Shown here: positions 29,049-37,788 of the stretch, piece after piece
How the letters are laid out: every line of letters starts with the position of its first letter
Position numbering within the stretch: the stretch's first letter is position 1
Source of the DNA: Actinomycetota bacterium
GTDB taxonomy: Bacteria > Margulisbacteria > Marinamargulisbacteria > GCA-2716485
DNA: 47,644 nt
Reading direction: 5' to 3'
Assembly: GCA_002716485.1 (NCBI GenBank)
Contig: PBBE01000047.1
Coordinates: 1-47,644 of the forward strand
Notes under the pieces: generated by a model
What the model saw: the letters and a program-made list of their open reading frames with translations, nothing else
What the model was told of the DNA's origin: nothing
Databases searched by the model: none
Translations under genes and position numbers: made by a program

Positions 29049-30137
29049 TTAGTTGGGCTCGTTTAAGATCTGTTCACGAATTTGGGTAACGGTATTGATT
29101 AGGTATGCGATATTGTGGATACTTAATAAGGTGTGAGAGAGGAGTTCACCTGATTTAAATAAATGGTGAAGGTAGGCGATTGAGAAATGTTGGCAGGTAT
29201 AACATGGGCAGTGTTCATCAATTGGGTTGGGATTGGATTGGCAATCTTGGCGTTTGATATTTTGACGACCATTTGGAAAGAATACTTGACCATGTCGTGC
29301 TAATCGGGTGGGGATTACGCAATCAAACATGTCGGCTCCTTCGTGGATGGCATGAAGAAGGTTTTCGGGCAGGCCAACACCCATGACGTATCGGGGTTTG
29401 CTTGAGGGGAGTTTTGGAAGGCAGTATTCAAGGGTTTCTTTGAGGACCTTAGGGTCTTCTCCGACACTGACGCCACCAATGGCATAACCTGGAAAGTTTA
29501 AGTGGCTTAGATAATCAATGCTTTCCTGGCGTAACTGATGATATTGACCGCCTTGAATAATGCCAAAGAGCCATTGCTTGGTTTCTAAAGATTCCCAGTG
29601 TGAGTGGGCTTTTTTCGCCCATCGATGGGTTTTTATTAAGTCTTTAGCAATTTGGTCTTTACTATGGGTGCTAGGTGAGCAAATATCTAATGGCATCATG
29701 ATATCACTGTTATAGGCATATTGAAGATCAATGACATGTTCAGGTGTAAAGTTTAGGGGACGACCATCCAGGTGAGATTGGAAGGTGACGCCATTGTTGC
29801 TAATTTTGCAGTTTTGGGCCAATGAGAAGACCTGGTAGCCACCAGAGTCGGTTAGGATGGGTTTTTGCCAGTTCATGAATTGATGAAGGCCTTTAAAGTC
29901 TTGGATTAGCTTTGCACCGGGTCGGATGGATAGGTGATAGGTATTGGCTAAGATGATTTGGGTATTGAGGTCATGAAGTTGCTCAGGTGTAAGGGCTTTG
30001 ACACTTGCTTGGGTGCCAACGGGCATAAAGACGGGGGTCTTGATGATGCCATGGGGGGTGTATAATTCGCCGGCTCTCGCCTTGCTTTTGGAGGATGTTT
30101 TGATGATTTTGAACTTAAAATTTGGGGCTTTGTTCAC
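29049..30137 (-). CDS. tgt: Queuine tRNA-ribosyltransferase
   Basis: TPVFMPVGT, ILANTYHL, LTDSGGYQVFSL, GIIQGG, DMFDCVIPTR and the Zn site CPCYTC. Confidence 0.97.
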   Translation of the reverse strand: MNKAPNFKFKIIKTSSKSKARAGELYTPHGIIKTPVFMPVGTQASVKALTPEQLHDLNTQIILANTYHLSIRPGAKLIQDFKGLHQFMNWQKPILTDSGGYQVFSLAQNCKISNNGVTFQSHLDGRPLNFTPEHVIDLQYAYNSDIMMPLDICSPSTHSKDQIAKDLIKTHRWAKKAHSHWESLETKQWLFGIIQGGQYHQLRQESIDYLSHLNFPGYAIGGVSVGEDPKVLKETLEYCLPKLPSSKPRYVMGVGLPENLLHAIHEGADMFDCVIPTRLARHGQVFFPNGRQNIKRQDCQSNPNPIDEHCPCYTCQHFSIAYLHHLFKSGELLSHTLLSIHNIAYLINTVTQIREQILNEPN

Positions 30138-30348
30138 TGAGTATCTCGGTTGATTATGATATAATTATGATGGAAGACCTAGTATAAAATAACTTATTTT
30201 GAGTGGTGTTACTGTGTGTTGGTGATATATTTGGATGAGCATTGTTGTGGCGGCCTTATGTCGGATGGGTTTGATACCCCGATTACCCTTTATTGGGTGC
30301 GCGGGATTTTGAATTCTTCCTGGTCATATATTACATAGAGGAACTGTC

Positions 30349-31257
30349 TTGGGCAAGCTTTTTTCGTTAGGATTGCCGATTGACTGGGATCAATATTGTC
30401 TTAGGGTGTACGTTCGTTTGATGTTACTGGGATGCCTGATGGTCTTGGGTTTGCCATTGGAAGGCGTTGCTCAAGGGAAGCTTGATTTAATATTTTTGTC
30501 ACCAAAATCGGCTTGGTCTGAAACGACCCGAAGTAAGGTGTTGTTTAAGGGCCAAGCGACGAATATTATACGGCTTAAAATTGGGGACGATTGGGTTTCT
30601 TTGGATAAAGAGGGTAAGTTTTATAAGACGGTGACCTTGCCTGAAGAGCCAGGGCGATTCCAAGTGAAAGTGTTGGGAGTGGGCCGTTCAAAGCAGACCT
30701 TGTTAAAATTATTTGATATTGATCGGCTTTTATCATTAAAAGAACAGGAGTTTTTAATGTATGCCCAGGAACAAATTTTTAATCAAGTTGAATTAATGGG
30801 ATGGAAACCAGTGCCATTATTGCCATTATTTAGAGAGTATTTAACCACACAAGCGGTATCTTTTATTTTATCTTCGAATTTAAGAAGGGGCATTGAAGAG
30901 GAAGAGGTTCAGCTTCAGATTAGTAAAATGATGCAATATTTAAAGGTGTTTCGTTTGGGCACTTCGGCGATTTTTGCGATACCTTGGAGCAATAATTATA
31001 TACCGATTCAAGGGGTGGTTCCTTTTTTGGCACAAACTTTTTATGACTCACACTATGATGGTTTTACTGATTTTAGTGTGTTGATTTATAATCAGCCAAT
31101 GTCGGTACTTGAGGTTTTTTTTGCTAAAGTCAAAAAAAGGGGGGTGGTGCCTGTGTTATGGACCTTAGATGCGGGGCCTATCTCAAAACGTTTTGGGGGG
31201 CCTAGTGTGAAGAAATTAAAGCGATTTCAGCAGCAACGATTGGTGATTACTCAATAA
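30349..31257 (+). CDS. Hypothetical exported/membrane protein with an N-terminal Ig-like domain
   Basis: Hydrophobic N-terminus, then a beta-rich segment (LSPK..VLFKG..VSLDKEGKFYKTVTL); start uncertain; convergent on the motor operon with a 12-bp gap. Confidence 0.6.
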   Translation: MGKLFSLGLPIDWDQYCLRVYVRLMLLGCLMVLGLPLEGVAQGKLDLIFLSPKSAWSETTRSKVLFKGQATNIIRLKIGDDWVSLDKEGKFYKTVTLPEEPGRFQVKVLGVGRSKQTLLKLFDIDRLLSLKEQEFLMYAQEQIFNQVELMGWKPVPLLPLFREYLTTQAVSFILSSNLRRGIEEEEVQLQISKMMQYLKVFRLGTSAIFAIPWSNNYIPIQGVVPFLAQTFYDSHYDGFTDFSVLIYNQPMSVLEVFFAKVKKRGVVPVLWTLDAGPISKRFGGPSVKKLKRFQQQRLVITQ

Positions 31258-31269
31258 TAGTAATGGCTG

Positions 31270-32463
31270 TTACTTTGCTAATAGTTCTATTACTTCTTTG
31301 TTGTTTGGATCGATTTCAATGGCACGTTGCCAACTATCAAAGGCCAAGTCTTCCAGTCCTAATTCATAATAAATGGAGCCAAGCCGGATATATAGTAGTG
31401 GTTGGGTAGGGTCAATTTGGATGGCTTGATTTAACTTGTTAAGTGCCATTTGGTAGCGTTTTTGTGAATAGTATTTGAATGAGTCAGAATAAAGGGCCAT
31501 GACTTTGCCGCTTTGCTTAGGTGCGACTTCAAATGGGAGGTCATGTTTTTTTCTGGGCCTCATTTCTTCTATTTTACTGGCCAATTGGGTTTTAAATCCA
31601 TCTACATCTTTTAATAAAGTGAGCCGTAATTTTTCAAGTTCATCCAATTCACCTTGGTATTGGTGCCATAAGTCTTCGATTTTATTGCCTAGTTTTTGGT
31701 ATTTTTTTTCATAGGCTTCAATTTCAGCACGTTGGTTTGAATAGGCGGATTTCATGCTGTTTTTTAGGGTGAATCCTACCGTTAGGTATCGGGAGGGGGC
31801 GTTATTATATTCCTCGTTGGCATCGCCTGAATGAGAAAGCTCGGTGAGGGCGATATTAATTTCAGTTTCTTTAGACGCATGAAACCGGTATCCAAAGTTG
31901 AAATCTTTGGTGTCATGTTCGAATATAATGGCGCCATTAAAAATATTGATTTCAAAGGCATAATAGAGACCGTTGCTGGTACTGATGCTTTTGATGGAGC
32001 TGAATTCTCGTTTGCCAAACCCGATATGTAGCCTTGAAAAGGGCGGTCCGAAATAAGTGGTTAAATAGGGGGAATAAAAATTTTCTTTTCCGGGACTCAC
32101 ATCGATCTTATTAGAACGGCTTGAGAGTTGTTTTTGGTTGCTAATATTTGCAATTCCGCCGGAGGCACCCACTAATTTTTTCATAAAAAAGTTCCAATGG
32201 ATATTAGCTGCAAATTGTTGGGGGCTTAAAATGGTGATGCCCGCTTTTATTTTTTCAGTGAGGCAGTAATTGAGCATCAGGTCAAATTCATGGGAGTAAT
32301 CTCGACTTAGTGCAAAAATCGTGCTTAGTTCAATGTCTCCACTTTGATGGGCTTTAGTCCCTGGAACATTGATTAAACTGGATGGGTAATGAAAGGCAGT
32401 GCTATAAACGGGGGTGTTTAAAAGACTGATGATAAAAATAAAGGTTCCGAGAATAATTCTCAT
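31270..32463 (-). CDS. Putative outer-membrane beta-barrel (YjbH-like) + coiled coil + C-terminal TPR protein, paralog 2
   Basis: Signal peptide, SLINVPGT motif, amphipathic strands (EHDTKDFNFGYRF, YLTVGFTL), heptad-rich segment and TPR pair with RLGSIYYELG...WQRAIEIDPNN. Confidence 0.7.
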   Translation of the reverse strand: MRIILGTFIFIISLLNTPVYSTAFHYPSSLINVPGTKAHQSGDIELSTIFALSRDYSHEFDLMLNYCLTEKIKAGITILSPQQFAANIHWNFFMKKLVGASGGIANISNQKQLSSRSNKIDVSPGKENFYSPYLTTYFGPPFSRLHIGFGKREFSSIKSISTSNGLYYAFEINIFNGAIIFEHDTKDFNFGYRFHASKETEINIALTELSHSGDANEEYNNAPSRYLTVGFTLKNSMKSAYSNQRAEIEAYEKKYQKLGNKIEDLWHQYQGELDELEKLRLTLLKDVDGFKTQLASKIEEMRPRKKHDLPFEVAPKQSGKVMALYSDSFKYYSQKRYQMALNKLNQAIQIDPTQPLLYIRLGSIYYELGLEDLAFDSWQRAIEIDPNNKEVIELLAK

Positions 32464-32465
32464 GA

Positions 32466-33758
32466 TTAGTTGCTAATGGCTTTATTTGGGCTAATAGGGG
32501 CTTGTTGGGGGATTGTTTCTGTTTTGTTTTGTGGGGTATCTTTTTTTTCTTTGGTTTTTTTTTGGGTTTTTTTTGATTCTCTGATTAGTTCTTTTTTGAT
32601 TTGTTTGAGATAGTTTACGATGTCTTTGTTTTTGGGATCAATTCGTAGGGCCATTTTCCATGCTGCTTTTGCCTTCTTATAATCTTTAAGTTTGAAGTAA
32701 ATGGAGCCAAGTCGGGTAAAGCCAACTGCAGAATTGGGGACGATTTTGACCACATTTAAGTATTCTTTTAAGGCATTTTGGTAGTCTTCATCATAGTAAA
32801 ACTCAAGGCCTCGCTGCATATGGACAAAGGCCCGTTTACTTGGATAACTTTCTTTGGGAAGGCCATCTTTTTCAAATGCGTCGGATAGGGTTTCTTCTAG
32901 GTCTTTTAGAAAGCCGGTTTGTTTGATAAGTTGATGGGTTTTTTCCACATCTTCTAGATTGTTTAGTCGAGTGTCGATATTATCGTAAGTTGAATTGAAT
33001 TCTTGACGTCCTACTAATAGGTCAGTGAGGCTATCTAAGACATTGCTGGCATAACTGACGCCGAATGAAAATAATCGTATTTCATGGCTAGGGTCTAATA
33101 TTTTGGGTCTTGCCGCCGTCCATGTTAAATAAATACGGGCTTTTTTTAGGTTGTATTTAAGACCAAGATTCGGAGAAAACCCGTCATATTCGGCAATAAT
33201 GGTTCCAAAGAGCATGCTTTTTTCAAAACCGCCTACAACACGTGTGATATTGGGTCTAATTCGATCAGAGGCGATTCCAATATGATAATTAGAGTTAAAT
33301 TTTAGTGATGAAATGGAGTAGATTGCAAATAAGTTCATAATGGGAATATTAGGAGCAGAGTCAATTTGCGGGATACTTCCCCAGCCTAGGTTTTTGAGAC
33401 CAATTCCAATATTATGTTGGATGGTTTTTTTTCTGTTTTGTCTTACAAATGGGGCGAAGTGAAAGCTATGAAGGGTATTCATGGTGTCTTGGACATTAAG
33501 GTTATATTCAAAGCGATCGGATAGTGCCCAGCGTAAATAAAATAATGTTCTAAAATAGACGGTGGCAGAGTCCGGGGTTTTGGCTCGGTAATCAAACATG
33601 GCACCATATTCAGTAAACCCCATTTTTTCCATTTTGGCAGAGGGGACTGTGATGAGGTCGTTTGATCCGGAAAAGCCAAATAGAAGCCCGTTTGAAAAGC
33701 CCCAAAATAGACTTAATAAAATGATAAGTTGTGGCTTAATGCGCATGTTGATCATCAT
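32466..33758 (-). CDS. Putative outer-membrane beta-barrel (YjbH-like) + coiled coil + C-terminal TPR protein, paralog 1
   Basis: Signal peptide, DLITVPSA motif, strands (EYDGFSPNLGLKY, FSFGVSY), coiled coil (IDTRLNNLE) and TPR pair with RLGSIYFKLK...WKMALRIDPKN. Confidence 0.7.
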   Translation of the reverse strand: MMINMRIKPQLIILLSLFWGFSNGLLFGFSGSNDLITVPSAKMEKMGFTEYGAMFDYRAKTPDSATVYFRTLFYLRWALSDRFEYNLNVQDTMNTLHSFHFAPFVRQNRKKTIQHNIGIGLKNLGWGSIPQIDSAPNIPIMNLFAIYSISSLKFNSNYHIGIASDRIRPNITRVVGGFEKSMLFGTIIAEYDGFSPNLGLKYNLKKARIYLTWTAARPKILDPSHEIRLFSFGVSYASNVLDSLTDLLVGRQEFNSTYDNIDTRLNNLEDVEKTHQLIKQTGFLKDLEETLSDAFEKDGLPKESYPSKRAFVHMQRGLEFYYDEDYQNALKEYLNVVKIVPNSAVGFTRLGSIYFKLKDYKKAKAAWKMALRIDPKNKDIVNYLKQIKKELIRESKKTQKKTKEKKDTPQNKTETIPQQAPISPNKAISN

Positions 33759-34257
33759 TTAAGGGGTCAAACTTATGGCATATATGAATAAGGCCTAACT
33801 CTTTTTGGTTAAGGGTACATTGGATTTGAGCGACTTGTAGTTGTTGGTCAGGAAAAAAGCATTGGCATTGTTCTTTTTTGGTTTCGCAGCGAGTAAGCTC
33901 GACGGGCTTATTGAGCTTAAGATAGAGTTGTTTAGTATCTTGGGACAGTTGAGATGAGAACAGGGATTCACTTGATGTTAAAATGTGTTCGGGTCGTTTA
34001 GTTACAATGCCATCACCTCCTAACATTCGGTCTGCTAATGCATAGATAATAGGGAGGTCAAAATTAAATAGAATGGGTTGGTTGTTTTCTTCAAATAATA
34101 GGGTGAAATTAAAGTCAGGTAATTGCTCTAGGAGGACATTAAAGGGCTGGTGCTTAAATTCAATATGAGTCATTTGAATCGAAATTTTGAGCTGTGATGC
34201 GATATGATCAGATAAGTTGAGTGCAAGTTGTTTATAAAATGGCTCAAATTGTGTCAT
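33736..34257 (-). CDS. fliM: FliM-like protein, middle (CheC-like) domain only
   Basis: FDLPIIYALADRMLGGDG...LTSSE matches the FliM GGxG region. It is 173 aa, with no LSQxEIDxLL N-terminus and no SpoA tail. Confidence 0.7.
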   Translation of the reverse strand: MTQFEPFYKQLALNLSDHIASQLKISIQMTHIEFKHQPFNVLLEQLPDFNFTLLFEENNQPILFNFDLPIIYALADRMLGGDGIVTKRPEHILTSSESLFSSQLSQDTKQLYLKLNKPVELTRCETKKEQCQCFFPDQQLQVAQIQCTLNQKELGLIHICHKFDPLNDDQHAH

Positions 34258-34274
34258 TGGACGTCCTTCCTATG

Positions 34275-34928
34275 TTATTGTACCGTTTCTTTAACGAGAA
34301 TGCTAATACGGCGGTTATTGGCTCTGTTTTGTTTGGAGGTATTCGGTGCAATTGGTTTGGTATCTGCATACCCAGTTACACGAAGACGGTGTGAGTTAAT
34401 TTTAGATTGAATTAGTCGTCTGGCTACGGCAGATGCTCTGGCAGCAGATAGTTCCCAATTAGATGGATAGATATCGGATTGGATGGGAATATTATCGGTA
34501 TGACCTTCAATAATAATTTGGCCGTTACTTTGTTGAAGAAGATGGCTGATTTTAATTAATATTTTGGAGGTGTTTGTTTTTATGCTGGCTTTACCCGAGT
34601 CAAATAATATTTCTGAACCTAGATTAATACGGATATTTTGGGGGGTTTGGATGATTTCAATATCATTTTCAAGTTGGTTTTCTATAATATAGGCATTTAG
34701 TGTATCGCTAATGTCTTGGAGTTGTTTTTGCTGATTTAAAAGGTCATTGAATGGGGAGTCGTTATTGTTGCTGAATGTATTGCTTAATGACGCTTGTGAT
34801 TCAATATATTTTCCGATATCGATTTCAGAAATAGAGTATAAATAAATGAAAAAGACGAGTAATAGAGTTAATAAGTCTGCCCAGCAGACAATAAAATGAT
34901 TTTTAGGTTGCTCGTTTAATTCATTCAT
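34275..34928 (-). CDS. motB: Stator B subunit (MotB/PomB-like, OmpA-type peptidoglycan-binding domain)
   Basis: WADLLTLLLVFF TM with the conserved Asp; EGHTDNIP, SNWELSAARA, GYADTKP and NRRISI motifs. Confidence 0.93.
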   Translation of the reverse strand: MNELNEQPKNHFIVCWADLLTLLLVFFIYLYSISEIDIGKYIESQASLSNTFSNNNDSPFNDLLNQQKQLQDISDTLNAYIIENQLENDIEIIQTPQNIRINLGSEILFDSGKASIKTNTSKILIKISHLLQQSNGQIIIEGHTDNIPIQSDIYPSNWELSAARASAVARRLIQSKINSHRLRVTGYADTKPIAPNTSKQNRANNRRISILVKETVQ

Positions 34929-35695
34929 TTGTTTGGTTTGAGCTTTTTACGCTCTTTTTCGGGTAGGCACATGGACATTTTTTCATAGATCATATAATTG
35001 GTCTCTTTTTGGGCAATGCAGATGATGCCTTCTAAGAGCATTTTCTTTTGGATTAGTTCTTCATTACTTGCAATTCGTAGACGACCTGATAGGGGTTGAA
35101 AAATGAGGTTCGCCAATAGGATGCCATAGAATGTTGTAATCAATGCGATGGCCATGTTAGGACCAATCGTCTCAGGGCTTTCTAGTTCTGACAGTAAGTT
35201 AATCAGTCCAATTAATGTGCCAATAAATCCGAATCCTGGAGCATATTGGGCCATTTGCTCAAAAAAATGGATACCTTGGTTATGTCGAGACTGGATAAAG
35301 TCAATATTTTTTTCTAAGATGGGAACTAATTCTTTGACGGGGATATTATCAATGAGTAGTTGAAGACCATGTTTTAAATAATGGTCTTGGGTTTTTTTGA
35401 CGGTTTTTTCGAGAGATAAGCGGCCATTTTTTTTGTAGTTAGTGGCGATTTCGCTCATGTGTTTGATGTCTTGTAAGTAGTCTCTGCCTCGTGGCGAGAA
35501 AATAACTTTTAACCGGCCACCAATTCGAAATAGCTGGGTTAATGGGAAATGGACGAGGGTGGCACCGAAAGTGCCGCCCATGACAATTAGAAATGAGGTT
35601 GGATGTACAAATAAATGGATTCCTTTTTCGATGCCAATGGCTTGAATAATGAGCCCGCAACCTAATAATACGCCTAAAAATGCGGTGATGTCCAT
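34925..35695 (-). CDS. motA: Stator A subunit (MotA/PomA-like)
   Basis: SFLIVMGGTFGA, GRLSLE, APGFGFIGTLIGLI and IGPNMAIALITTFYG motifs; AGGGAG RBS. Confidence 0.95.
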   Translation of the reverse strand: MDITAFLGVLLGCGLIIQAIGIEKGIHLFVHPTSFLIVMGGTFGATLVHFPLTQLFRIGGRLKVIFSPRGRDYLQDIKHMSEIATNYKKNGRLSLEKTVKKTQDHYLKHGLQLLIDNIPVKELVPILEKNIDFIQSRHNQGIHFFEQMAQYAPGFGFIGTLIGLINLLSELESPETIGPNMAIALITTFYGILLANLIFQPLSGRLRIASNEELIQKKMLLEGIICIAQKETNYMIYEKMSMCLPEKERKKLKPNK

Positions 35696-35699
35696 GTGC

Positions 35700-36698
35700 T
35701 TACTCCCTTTTTTCGATTAGTTCTGATAATGGGTTGACTTTGTTGTTTCGTTCGAGTTCACGTGCTGTTTGAATAATATTTTTTTGGGCGATTTTGGCAT
35801 CATTTTCATTGAGCTCTTTGGGCAAGTTACTGATTTCTTCTTCTAACATGAACTTAAGTCGTTCGGAGAGGTTTTCTAGAATTCTATTTTTCACGTTGAT
35901 ATTAGAAATACTAAGGGCTGCTGCTAAGGTGCTTAATGGATCAATAGCGTATAGTAGACTTTGAAGATCTTTATCAGATAGATTGATTAAGTCTCCAAAT
36001 TCAAGCATATAGGATTTGATTTTTTGACTGGCTTCTTGGTCGCTTTGTTCAAAGTGGGTCATAATTGCACTCATATGTTCAGGGTTCATCACTTCGAGAC
36101 TTAAGGATAATTTGAGGTATGGATCTGTGCTTTCTTTGCTCACTTTTTCTTTTAATAATTGGTCTTTGAGGTGATGATGGATCTTCCAAGCCAAGCTAAT
36201 ATTGGGGATGTCTATTTTGAGTAGTTTTGAGGTGATGAGAATACTGATGTCTTTTTCAAATTGGGATAATAGTTGGGCCATTTTGTCTTCCGGTAAAAAA
36301 GAGCAAATAAGGGCGCTTAGTTGCGGTGGTTCATTTAATAAAAATTGGGTGAGCTTTTCATTATCAACTTGGTTAAGAAAGTGGAATAATTGGTCACTTT
36401 TTTCAAATAATGACGCATGGGAAATATCTGGAAATGATTGTTCAAAGAGATGGCTGGGGAGTAGTTCACCACCAAAGTGGGATCGCTTTCCGTTTAATAG
36501 GGTATGAAATTCTTCGATAATTGGTGAGGAGATATCTTCTTTAATATGTCCTAACTTTGACATGCTTTGTAGGAGTTGGGTGCTTTGTGTTTTTCCCAGT
36601 TTATTGAGTACTTCATGGGTTACCCCTGGGGACTCGACCTCTAAAGATAAGAGCAAGATGGCTGCTTTTTGGATAGGGGTATAGGTATCATCATTCAT
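35700..36698 (-). CDS. fliG: Rotor protein FliG (divergent)
   Basis: QKAAILLLSL, the GG linker, EPPQ (EHPQ-like), MLEFGDL (MFxFEDL-like) and torque helix NLSERLKFMLEEE. Start set at 36698 after an AGGAG RBS. Confidence 0.9.
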   Translation of the reverse strand: MNDDTYTPIQKAAILLLSLEVESPGVTHEVLNKLGKTQSTQLLQSMSKLGHIKEDISSPIIEEFHTLLNGKRSHFGGELLPSHLFEQSFPDISHASLFEKSDQLFHFLNQVDNEKLTQFLLNEPPQLSALICSFLPEDKMAQLLSQFEKDISILITSKLLKIDIPNISLAWKIHHHLKDQLLKEKVSKESTDPYLKLSLSLEVMNPEHMSAIMTHFEQSDQEASQKIKSYMLEFGDLINLSDKDLQSLLYAIDPLSTLAAALSISNINVKNRILENLSERLKFMLEEEISNLPKELNENDAKIAQKNIIQTARELERNNKVNPLSELIEKRE

Positions 36699-37788
36699 TA
36701 TTGATGTCTCCTTCTTGTTCTTGGTCTTTAATCCAGCCCATAATGGTGTGGGCAACTGCTTCTGGTTTTTTTAATGAGATATTGGCCAGTTCTTTTCGTT
36801 TCTGTTTAAAAAGTCGTAGTTGTCGTTTTGCTTCTAGAGCTGCTTTTTTTTGAGCGTCTTCTTGTTTTTTTAAAATGGCTGCTTTTTTTTCTTTGATTTG
36901 ACGTCGAAGAAATAGTCCTAGTTTTGTTAGAAAGTAGAGAAGTAAGAGTAATATGCTAGTAATAAATAATTTGAAGTCTTGAGCGGCAATAAAAGATTTA
37001 GTGGTATCAAAAAAGGGTTTATGTCGGGCAAGAAAGCGTTGGATAATAAATAAGGGGCCTTGAAATGGGGTGTATTGGATGTCGAGTTGGTCTTGTCGTG
37101 TAGGGTTAAATCCTGAGATTGATTGGATAAGTGATTTTAAAGTGTCGGTGTCAATGGGGATTAGTTGTGTGGAAGCGCTATCAAGTAAAATTTGGATTTG
37201 CATTTGTTGGATTATGTTTTTGGGGCTGGAAATAGTTTCATTGGTTTCATTGTAGTAAATGGATTCAATCTTTTCGGAGATACTGGTATTTACCTTTTGT
37301 ATTTTTTCTTTGGGGATGCTTGGTTTAATACTTTCGACGACGACGCCAGGAAAGCCTGGTAGTGCGGATTCATTACTTTGACGTTGGGTAATGAGCCCAG
37401 GAAGTTTAAGTCCGTCTTTATAGAGCTGTTGTAACATTTGAGCAGATTGTCTAAGCGGGACCTGGGGAATGATATCACCATTTAGTTTTTGTTGGCGTTG
37501 GGTAATGATTCGATTTGGGGTTAGTTCTTTAGATTTTTGGATACGATGTTCGGGGATATCTAAGTTAACGGCGATGATAAAGGCAGTTTCAGGATAGAAT
37601 TTTTTGAGTAGTAGATGGATGTCTCCTTTAATTTTAAGGCTTTGTCGTTCTGGAAATGATAGGGATTGATGGGGGCGACGCTCAGATAGCCAGTTAGTGA
37701 TTTTATTGGGGGTTCTGAATAGAAAAAAGGTCCCCAAGAGGATGGCGATAATCAGGATGGGTAAATAAGGTGATTTATGTGTCGTCAT
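36691..37788 (-). CDS. fliF: FliF-like MS-ring protein, RBM3/C-terminal half only
   Basis: TM1, then RBM3-like segments (LLLKKFYPETAFIIAVNLDI; IIQQMQIQILLD; LIQSISGFNPTRQDQLDIQYTPF), TM2 and a FliG-binding tail KPEAVAHTIMGWI. Start set at MTTHK (37788). Confidence 0.75.
   Translation of the reverse strand: MTTHKSPYLPILIIAILLGTFFLFRTPNKITNWLSERRPHQSLSFPERQSLKIKGDIHLLLKKFYPETAFIIAVNLDIPEHRIQKSKELTPNRIITQRQQKLNGDIIPQVPLRQSAQMLQQLYKDGLKLPGLITQRQSNESALPGFPGVVVESIKPSIPKEKIQKVNTSISEKIESIYYNETNETISSPKNIIQQMQIQILLDSASTQLIPIDTDTLKSLIQSISGFNPTRQDQLDIQYTPFQGPLFIIQRFLARHKPFFDTTKSFIAAQDFKLFITSILLLLLYFLTKLGLFLRRQIKEKKAAILKKQEDAQKKAALEAKRQLRLFKQKRKELANISLKKPEAVAHTIMGWIKDQEQEGDINNE

Noticed and set aside
34275-35695. 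Zorya ZorAB or TolQR/ExbBD motor
   Set aside because: MotA has no long ZorA tail, motifs are PomA/MotP-like, MotB has an OmpA-type domain, and fliG is adjacent.
33736-37788. Ordinary or decaying flagellar operon (pseudogenes)
   Set aside because: No frameshifts or stops; truncations remove whole domains cleanly; genes stay translationally coupled and key residues are retained. A flagellum elsewhere in the genome cannot be excluded from this window.
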